Shown here in pieces: positions 54,194 through 64,000 of a DNA stretch of 64,000 bases. The stretch is from Octopus sinensis (lineage: Eukaryota). Each line of letters begins with the position of its first letter. Position 1 is the first letter of the stretch. The position numbers and the translations under genes were made by a program. Under the pieces are notes generated by a model. The model searched no databases. It saw only the letters and a list, made by a program, of their open reading frames with translations, and was not told where the DNA came from. The stretch spans positions 32,984,001 through 33,048,000 of the forward strand of contig NC_043001.1 of assembly GCF_006345805.1 (NCBI RefSeq), read 5' to 3'.

Positions 54194-54566
54194 AAAAATG
54201 GTTATGCCTCGTCTTATAGTGAAATTACATTTTGCGAGGAAGAATCGAGTCCCTTTTCAAGGATTGTGTGACTGATGATGCGAAAGAAGAAGTTGTTCTA
54301 AGTATAGTGTAGGTGAATCTCTAAAATAGTTTGGATCTAGCTCATTCACTAACACAGAAGTAATTCAATAACGAGGATATATAAACAGTAATAAAATTAT
54401 CACACACACACGCACATAAATAACATCTTTGATCTTCTATTTAATCCCAACTTAAGATAAATAGCTCCGAGTCACTGATTTTAAAATAGCGTAATTTGAT
54501 GCTCATAACGAAACATAATAGACCAACCTTGAAGACAATGCGCAATCTTTTACATTGGCTTCTTAT

Positions 54567-55226
54567 ATCTAGACACGTGACTCCAGATATAAAGGGGATG
54601 TAGAAGCGATTGATAGGAAAATGTCGCCATATACCTTTCTTAAAGACATTTGTGACGTACGTAAATGCTTCGTATAAGTATGAAAACTAAATCATAAATT
54701 CAACTCCTCAGAAAATTGCCCCTCCTAAGGAAAATGTCCCCAGAAAATTGCCCCTTATAACGAAGCAAATTGTTATTTTTGCTGACATTAGCTAGCGTTA
54801 TTGTTAGCGTTTTATCCTTTATAGAATAATGAACTTTGTGTCTCCTCTCTTTTGTTTAGTTTAGATTAGCTTTAATGCGAATCCGCGCAACCAAATAGTA
54901 ATATATGTAATTTCATGTCCGTGGCTGTTTTTCTGGTATGATACAACTGTTTCCTAATTTTCTACTTTATTACGACATTATTTCTTTATTACTTCAATGT
55001 TTTATAATCCTGATTGATGACAAACACCAACTTAAACTGAACAGGTTTCATGCATTTTAAAAATGAAGGAAATTGTCTTTATTCTTACTTGACGGTTCAT
55101 TAAAAAATCGCTAGAACAACGGATAAGAATGTTATATAATGCATGTATTACGCACACGTGTGTGTATTATATATGTGTGTATATATATATAGATATAGAT
55201 ATGTGTATACATGTACGTATATACAG

Positions 55227-55268
<42 letters not shown>

Positions 55269-55300
55269 CTGGCTAGCAAGCTAGATAGATAGAAGAGATT

Positions 55301-55379
<79 letters not shown>

Positions 55380-55460
55380 GTATGTATGGATATATACATA
55401 CATATATATATATATAAGTATGTATGTATATATTATATATATATAGAGAGAGAGAGAGAA

Positions 55461-55519
<59 letters not shown>

Positions 55520-55625
55520 TAAATCTAGACACTTGACTCCAGATATAAGGGATGTAGAAGCAAATGATAGGAATATATCGCCACATACCTTTCTTAAAGA
55601 CACTTGTGACGTACGTAAATGCTTC
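54567..55625. repeat. ~105-bp direct repeat pair
   Basis: 54567-54671 and 55523-55625 share 'atctagacac.tgactccagatataa...gtgacgtacgtaaatgcttc'. Confidence 0.85.
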
Positions 55626-55758
55626 AAATGTTCTATCTATACAGCCTTGGTCTTTTTTTATCTCATTACACAATAAATTCTTATATATACATAGACGCAA
55701 ATATAGGTGTATATGATCTATATACACATGCACATATACAGATATATATTATATATAT

Positions 55759-55814
<56 letters not shown>

Positions 55815-57941
55815 GTATATAATGTTCGTGCACGCATAGGTTTGTGTGTGCAGCTTATGTAGTGCATCATTACAGAAAATTCCATACTTCCATCATTTAT
55901 TTTGATAGTATTTCAGGTGCTAATGCATTTCATGTTTAGAAGAGAAAAAACATAAGAGAAATATAAATGCAACAACTTATCTAGCATTCAAAGAATTTCA
56001 TTGGGCGAGCTTCGGAATGTTGTTAGTTTCCTGGTAAGCCCTTGCCTATGACAAGTTTGTATTTGAAACTGTGCCCAATACCATCTGATATACTTATCGT
56101 AAATGTTCCCTCATCAATTATAAAGCGCTTCTTGATACACAAATTCGAAGTGCTCTAAAGTGTCCTTTCACTGTTAAGGACAGTATTTTACTGATAGTGT
56201 CCTTCATTTTGTATACCTTTCGAAACAAAGGCATTATTCATTCTATATATATAAATATCTAGAACAGACAGGTTTCATCCTCACCTGATTCGAGAATTAT
56301 TTATCAGCAGGACAATATAGCAGCTACAACAGCTATGAACACAGTTAATTGATTTTTTTTTTCGTTATGTCAAGTTTGTCTATAACACCACTTCATGTAT
56401 TCATTTCATCGCATAGAAAATGTTTATAAATGTTTTAAGTTATGTACAGAGAAAATGAGAGAGAGACAGAGAGAAACAGTGAGAAAGAGAGAGTGAGATA
56501 GAAAGAGAGAGTGAGAGTGCAAGAGAAGTAGATCGTTGTATTTGGCTATTAATAATAAACTTCTATTTCTATTTTATTTCAGCTCACATGACAACCGAAA
56601 GTATTAACCATTGAAGTAATATTGGAAGAAACGAGAAATTTATGGATACTGTACAAGGAAATAGCACGGAAATTTCAGCGTAAATATTGTTGTACGAATC
56701 ATGGGAAAGTATTTTTACTCAAACAAATTTAGGACAGTTTGCTTGAAACTGTCAAGAACTTGGACACTTTGATTTCAGTTTAACACTCATAGAAAAGGAA
56801 AAAAATTGAAATCATAGGAGCGAAATCAAATCTCTAGGAGCGATAACAAATCTAATTTCTATCACAATGTTGAATGTGTCAAAATTTGGCCTAACTGGAT
56901 TGTTCATTTTACGTCAGATGTACATTTTAGTGGCTGGTAAGTTAAAGAACTTTTCGTTTACGATTTTATAATCATTTTTCGTTTTCCATGCTTTGTGAAA
57001 TAACATTGCTTATCAAATGAACGTAACATGTTTGACAGCATGCGACATAAAAATTTGTTTGCATTTTTAAAGTGGGGAAAGACTTGGCTTGGAGTCTCTA
57101 CTTTTTGGTGGAATGGTAAGGGAGGTAGCATGATATGTAGTGTGTCATGAGCTGTTTTAGACCAAGTCTGGCCACATCCGATTTCTTGCAGGAGTGCAGA
57201 GACAGGAAGAGAAGAAGGAAAGAAATAGGAAAATCAATCTCAGTACCGTGCAAGCATTTTTTTTATTGACCCCAAGAGGATAAAGCGTATCATGTAGAGA
57301 GTCGGAAAGATGAACTTAAAGTAATTTATCTGATGTTAGAACGACTCTTCCAATTGACCTGAAATGGTTCATACCTCTGACATTCCATACAACATTTAAT
57401 ATGTCTAATAAACACCGGAGTATTAAAAACCTAGTGGTGATGCGTCGGCAGAAAGTACTATTTAAAATTACACAAATGCGGACTGGTTCGTATGTGGAGG
57501 GAGAGTTAAAATTTCTAATCAGGATTTTTGTTACCAAGGTATATTAAATTATCCAAATTCTCTACATTCAAACAACGTTAGAATTCTTTGTAGCATTTAG
57601 TTCAGCCATCCAGTTGAAGGTCGCGAGGACAACAACATGGCCATCTATAATATAGTGATTTTAATTGAAGCAATTACAGCTTCTATCTAACTTATTTCTG
57701 ATCCGATGTTCCGTAAATTACTGGGGTTTTATTATCACAGTTAAACTTCTTATTTTACTAAAAGGCAAAGTCACCCTGGACTCGAACAGAACGTATTATT
57801 TTCAGGATTGTTTTTAAATATGGCAAGGTTAAGCTCCCTACAAATTTTGTCCCAATGTATAGTATTCTGTCTCTATGTATAATGCTAATTATTTCTTATA
57901 CGGACACTAGGTCAAATATTATTCGGGGTACGTAGTTAAGG

Positions 57942-58260
57942 ATGCATAATATACTGGTTTTCATTGCCGTAATTAAACATCTACTGATTATAATTCTCAC
58001 AATTAGACCTCTACAATACCTTGTGTCCTACCCGATCATCCATAATTTATTGGTTTTACTTGTCACAATTAGACATTTTCCATTGTTTATTTTTATTCTG
58101 ACTATCCATGATATAGTGTCTTTAATTATTCCAATTTTAATTTATGCGTTGTTTATTTCTTATCTGACTATCCATAATATACCGATTCAAATTGTGAAAA
58201 TTAGACATTCTCCATCGCTTATTTTTGATGTGGTTGCTAATGTCAGAAATCATTATGGAA
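57942..58260. repeat. Degenerate ~66-bp tandem repeat (4-5 units)
   Basis: Recurrent 'tccataat', 'cacaattagaca' and 'tctgactatcc' at ~66-bp spacing; overlaps open plus ORF 57942-58334. Confidence 0.7.
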
Positions 58261-59212
58261 TCATTGATGGTGAAAAATTGATAAAAATCGTTAGACGTCG
58301 GAAATTTGCCTTGCCTATTGAACTATGTTCATAATCTGCTTTCTAGTTGAAGTCATTTCCGTTCTTATACATCAGCGCTGCAGGCTTGAAAAAAATTGTT
58401 TTAGTGTTACAGAATCTTTCATCACTGTATAAATATTTGACGTTCTGCCTCTGACAATTCCGTCGAATAAAATATCGGCTGCAAGTCATCGCTAAAGAAG
58501 CTGAACCAGGGTTCACAGTATGAATCTTGTCATTTCCAAATATCTTGACGACTTGATGCGTCAGACAAAAAAGAATCAGTAAATGATAAATAAGGCAAGC
58601 AAGCACACGCGCGCGCACATACACATAAGCACACAAAAACACTGACACACACAGGTCTGTACATGCGCACACATACAGATCACGAACATGCGTACAAGTA
58701 CATACTTTCAGAAGCACACATTTTCAAACCACGTAATTATGAGCAAACAAGTAAGTCTCTATGTGACCGTTCAATCTACCAGAAATAGCACTCAAATCTT
58801 TAAACAGGCCCTAACACTATATAAAAAGGGAAAATCAAGCTGGATAATAACACTATTGGATATACGAAGTGGTATAATGACCAACAATGGAATAGGTCAT
58901 AAGTCTATTGATAAGACCACAGCGGGAGTTATGCAACATCAAAGACAGTAATTATCAAATAACTCATACAAATGCATCCCGGCAGCGCTATCAATTTTGT
59001 CTAAATTGTACGAAATCAGCCTACAGAACAACTAATTAGAGTTAAAATTCACTAAGAGAGTACATATTCTTCGTTCTTTAATATTCATGACAACCTTGAA
59101 ATTTTCTGTCTTCATCTTCTAGGTTAGATTTATGTTTCATTTATATAGCTGTAAAGTTGAAATTCCATATCCATACATGTATACATATATGAACATGTAT
59201 GTATAAACATAC

Positions 59213-59263
<51 letters not shown>

Positions 59264-59269
59264 TGTATG

Positions 59270-59301
<32 letters not shown>

Positions 59302-59475
59302 ATAGACATACAAATATACATATATGTATATACAATATATATGCAGCTTCATCTATCCATCTATCCATAACTATTATGTATGTATCTATACATAGACACA
59401 AACACACACACATACATATATAACAGTAAATATATATATATGTGCTTATATGTATGTATGTATGTATGTATGTAT

Positions 59476-59543
<68 letters not shown>

Positions 59544-59565
59544 TATATATTATATATATATATAT

Positions 59566-59888
59566 TACGGAGATGTACTTGCATAGCAACTGACCTGACC
59601 TGAGATCGTGTGCTGGAATGAAAACAATTGCAGCATGGTAGGTGTTTATAAGCTATTTGAGAAACACACAAAAACCGTTAGATTCACTTCAACATTTAAA
59701 TATAATTTGTCAAAACATTTTCGTCGCTTTGAGACCGTGGCCTGTTCACAGAATTTTGTCGGTGAACAGGTTGCGATCTCAAAGCGACGAAAATATTTTG
59801 GCAAATTAAATTTAAATGTTGAAGTGAATCAAACGGTTTTTGTGTCTTTCTTAAATGGCTTATAAACACCTTCCACGCTGCAACTGTT
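59566..59888. mobile_element. Fold-back element with 127-bp inverted arms and 12-nt loop
   Basis: 59623-59749 is the reverse complement of 59762-59888 at roughly 90% identity; unique ~57-bp left extension; flanked by (TA)n. Confidence 0.85.
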
Positions 59889-60290
59889 ATATATCTATAC
59901 ATGTAAATATAATTATAAATATACATATATATATATATGTATATCTGTGTGTATGTGCGTGTGTGTGTGTGCGTATGTGTGTATGTGTGTGTGTGTGTGC
60001 ATGTATCATACGTTAATCTGTAGAACTTAATAAATGACTCGAGTGCCGAGAGTTTCATGCTTGGCACTTACTAAAAGAAATACGTGTTTTGGACGAAGCC
60101 CTCACCATTTGAATCATTTTGTAACTTCTGCCGTTTAAAAATCTTGAAAAAATATATACATACTCATGTTTTGAGTTGTATCCATCCATTTTGTACTGCC
60201 AAACTGATATACGTATGTATGTATGTATATGTTTGTGTGTGTGTGTGTTTGTATGTGTGTGTGTATACATAAATGCACATACGTATATAA

Positions 60291-60328
<38 letters not shown>

Positions 60329-60498
60329 TATATTGTATGTATGTATATGTGTGTGGGATTCAAATCAAAAATAAACGTTAGCGCCATCTTGCTTGAAATA
60401 ACTTCCGATCACTCTAGGAAAGTGTTAGAAGGAAAAATATCGGAAGCTTTAGTCGACAATTTATTTCGGGTCACCACACTTCAAGTGTTACTGCTTAC

Positions 60499-60554
60499 GA
60501 ATATCTGCACAGTAACGGATTTAAATGGGTGGGACACAGATATGTATAAGATTT
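60499..60554 (-). CDS. Candidate coding exon (56 nt)
   Basis: Strong acceptor ttcctgttccttattgatttctttag| and donor TTC|gtaagc; two open frames (KSYTYLCPTHLNPLLCRY or ILYISVSHPFKSVTVQIF). Confidence 0.45.
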
Positions 60555-61429
60555 CTAAAGAAATCAATAAGGAACAGGAAATAAATGTGGCAATTGGATT
60601 AGGAATGTGAAAATGTTTATTTTTCTATATATTTATTTTTTAATAGAATTTTTTTAATAGGGAAAAAGAGTATTCATTGCATTGTTTATTTGACGTATAT
60701 TCAGACAAAAGGTCGCGATGTAAAATTTATAAAATCTGTCCACCTCAATTTTTTCAACTTCTTTACGTTTTTTCATTTTAAATCTTAATATATTAAGTGG
60801 CTGAAATCAAATGTCATAGTTTGATGAGTAACTAATGGGAAGATGACAGTGCATTTCTGAGAGATAAAATCTACTGAAAACATATAACGGATATGACAAT
60901 TTTTAAGGGTTTTTTTTTTGCGTTTTCAGAGAGGAAAATTTACTGCTACAATATTTAACTTATTTTAATGTGTTTTATAAATTTGAAACAAGTTGGAATT
61001 ATGAAAAACACAAAAAAGGCGATACACAAAAATTCCAATAAACGTTGATCTTGTTGACTGAAAGTTGTGACAACTTAAAACGACAAGCAAGACATCGACC
61101 GAACTTTAAGGTTAATAATATCTCCTTGAAACACAGGACTCAGTTTTGAATCAATAACTTAGAAAAAGAGTTCCGTAGCAGATACCTCTCCCTCTCTCTG
61201 TACCGAAGGTACATAGATAAATACATACATGTATAAATATATATATGTACACACTCATATTTTCTTATGTCCTACGAATTGAAAGTAAGTACTTGTGCAC
61301 TGAAAATATATAGCCACAGCATTCAAGAGCTCAATTAGTTAACATGGCGTTAAACTCCATTCTATTATTACTTCAAGGCAGTAACCACAGCAGGAATGAT
61401 ATTGTATAATGTTCAACATTGACTACTTA

Positions 61430-61518
61430 GTCGTGGCACTTTGGGCAAGTGGCACCTCGGGCCGACCAAAGGCTTGTGAGTGAATTTGGTAGACGGAAAC
61501 TGAAAGAAATCCGTCGTA

Positions 61519-61575
<57 letters not shown>

Positions 61576-61613
61576 GTATATATAATGTGTGTGTGTGTGT
61601 GTGTTGTGTGTGT

Positions 61614-61644
<31 letters not shown>

Positions 61645-61890
61645 AGTGTGTGTGTGTGTGTGTGTGTGTATCTTTGTGTGTATGTGTTTGTCCCCCCAAC
61701 ATCGCTTGACAACCGATGCTGGTGTGTTTACGTCCCCGTAACCTAGCGGTTCGGCAAAAGAGACCGATAGAATAATTACTAGGCTTACAAAGAATAAGTC
61801 TTGGGGTCGATTTGCTCGACTAAAGGCGGTGCTCCAGCATAGCCATAGCCAAATGACTGAAACAAGTAAAAGGGTAAAAGAGTATAAGAG
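61430..61890 (+). mobile_element. tRNA/CORE SINE family A, head truncated, expanded internal microsatellite
   Basis: 'gtggcactttgggcaagt...ggccgaccaaaggcttgtgagtg' and full 3' region. Confidence 0.9.
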
Positions 61891-62289
61891 TGGGCGGAAC
61901 CTTAGAAGTGGTAAAAATCCAAGCGAGGTGTATACTCCGGTTACTCTTCAGGCCAAGGATATCTTGATTAAATTAAAGGTTACATTGTCGCATGGATATA
62001 CATGTAGACGCATCATGGAAGATACTATGTGTGTGTGTGTGTACTGTATATGTTAATAGGATTTGTTGTGTAAGAGCAGAACAATGCGCGAAGGTACAAA
62101 AAAAAAAAGTACAAATGGAAAATTAATCAAAACAAAACAAAGTTGCAGTTTTACCTTTTATTTATATTCCGGGTCTATATCAACTACTTCGGGATATTTG
62201 AAAAGGCAAGGGTTGGAAAATAAAGTAGGTATGCAATAAAGTAGATATGGCACGCAGTATCAGTCCTGGATGCTCAAAATGTTCTGGTC

Positions 62290-62800
62290 CATTTCTCTTT
62301 CTTTTTACGGCCATACCTGGAATACTGCTGCCCATCCCACGTGGTCTCCCAGCATGAGACTAAACATTGCGAGAATAGAGCCAACTCAGAGTCAACTCAG
62401 AAGGCAATTACTCAAAGAATAAAAGGCATGACTGATTTTGATTATTGGGACCGCGTTAAAACATTGAAACATTATTCTCTCCAATACCGCCGAAAGCGAT
62501 ACATCATTCGCACAGTGTAGCGACTCTACCATCAGCACCCAAACAACCTTAACATCAAATTCATAATTCAGCAAAGCTTGAGGCCAAGTGCCGTACGCCC
62601 CTAACTCAGTTCAGACTCACAACAGCAAAATACACTGCAACATAATTTCTTTTCCTCAACAGAACATGCATGCTGTATTTAACATTATCCCCCCAAAGAA
62701 AGGAATGAAGAAAATGATACCATCACCTCCAAACAATACCTGAAAATTTTTTCAAAATATACCTGAAAAGCTACCCATACCTGGATATATCCAGTCAACA
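62290..62800 (+). mobile_element. CR1/L2-group LINE ORF2 C-terminal fragment
   Basis: RPYLEYCCP..ESTQKAITQRIKGMTDFDYWDRVKTLKHYSLQYRRKRYII. Confidence 0.8.
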
Positions 62801-62974
62801 ACGACGATGTACTTGAACGAGCCATATTACACACAAAAAAATTTTGACCTAAAAATTACGTAACAGATCCAGTCAGGTGGTGCCATTAAGTTAGACAATC
62901 ACATGGGCCAATTTTTCAGCAAAACATATCTAAGTTTATTGAAGTTCAAGCTTGCTGCCCAACTACAAGATTAT

Positions 62975-63200
62975 AGGTTCAGTCCCACTGGTGGCACCTT
63001 GGGCAAGTGATTTCTACTATAGCCAAGGGTCGACCAAATTTTTGATGTAATTTTCCTGCTCTTATTTTATAATATAAAATATAATCGCTCTTATTAAATG
63101 TCTAAATACCTTTAATATTTTAGACATTTCCCTACCAAGAGTACTTATTAGAAATTCAGCATAGTGTATTCCCATTGAATATATTTGAGTAACGATACAA

Positions 63201-63231
<31 letters not shown>

Positions 63232-63420
63232 AAATGTGTGTGTGTTTGTCTCCCACCACTGCTTGACAATTGGTGTTGCTGTGTTTACGTCTCCGTAACT
63301 TAGCGTTTAGGCATAAAATACCGATAGAATAATACCCAGCTTTAAAAAAAGTACAATTATCGATATTTGACTAAAAATTCTTCAACGCGGTGCCCCCAGC
63401 ATGGCCGCAGTATAACGACT
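62975..63420 (+). mobile_element. tRNA/CORE SINE family A, diverged, with internal insertion
   Basis: 'ggttcagtcccactggtggcaccttgggcaagtg' and 3' 'gcggtgccccagcatggccgcag'. Confidence 0.75.
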
Positions 63421-63461
63421 GGTACGTGTGTGAGTGTATGTGTGTGGATGTGCGTGTGCGT

Positions 63462-63493
<32 letters not shown>

Positions 63494-64000
63494 AGGAAAG
63501 AGAGAAAGAGATATTTGTGTTTGCTTTGTGTTTCACCGTCACTGTTTCTGAATCACTGTGAATATCTGTACAGAAAGTCACATGATTTTAACCGATTGTG
63601 TTTACTTATTCTCTTGATGTTGCTGAGGAGACTTCAAGCATCACAACGAACAGGATTTTTATCCCTAGACTCAACTTTATCATAGCAACATCGGTTTTCA
63701 TGCTACAAGACAGCATCGAAATCTTCCTAGTTTTTTTTTTTTCTAACTGTACCATTTTCAAATAGAAATTAGAAAAAAAATCTGATAATGAAAGCTATGG
63801 CATAATACAGAATATCAGAAGCACATGAGACAGTGCAGCTTTAATCCACTTTAATCACTGGACTACGCTTACTCAAAGTTCGACATCCTCTCTAATTTCG
63901 TAAATAATGTGGCCATGTTGATTTGTCTTTCTTTCGTGGTACATCCATGAGCGGAGGAAGAGGTGGTAAGTGTATTTGGAGCTAGGCATCTGCTACTAGA

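Noticed and set aside
54268-54290. CTGATGA-TGC-GAAAG
   Set aside because: No room for stem II and no stem III or cleavage triplet; chance match.
57942-58334. Reflectin gene
   Set aside because: Only short motif resemblances, wrong MD spacing, low Arg/Tyr/Gly content and several stops.
59750-59795. Hammerhead in the loop/arm of the 127-bp fold-back
   Set aside because: GTGAACA and CAAAG deviate from the core, and CAAAG is the same in both arms; too few nucleotides for stem III.

Overview
AT-rich, repeat-saturated animal genomic DNA. The SINE families and the extreme (TA)n/(CA)n/(GATA)n/(TAA)n density point to an octopus genome (inference, not a database result). No complete protein-coding gene, rRNA, true tRNA or CRISPR array is supportable, and almost all ORF-track entries are microsatellite translations or antisense shadows. 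What is present: a decayed Penelope-like retroelement (1-1.7 kb); several Penelope-type terminal-repeat remnants arranged as fold-back palindromes carrying hammerhead-ribozyme cores, one apparently intact at 20399-20437; a 5'-truncated R4/Dong LINE inserted in (TAA)n plus four more Dong fragments; an L1/Tx1-type gag-like ORF1 element almost devoid of ORF2; RTE, CR1 and Tx1 fragments; a mariner remnant; three MITEs; and many tRNA-derived SINEs, five with clean TSDs. A few minus-strand segments with good splice signals may be exons of a large host gene, at low confidence. The best candidate 'system' is a dispersed set of non-coding, microsatellite-embedded, ribozyme-bearing fold-back elements. 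All motif calls were made by eye; TE boundaries without TSDs are approximate.
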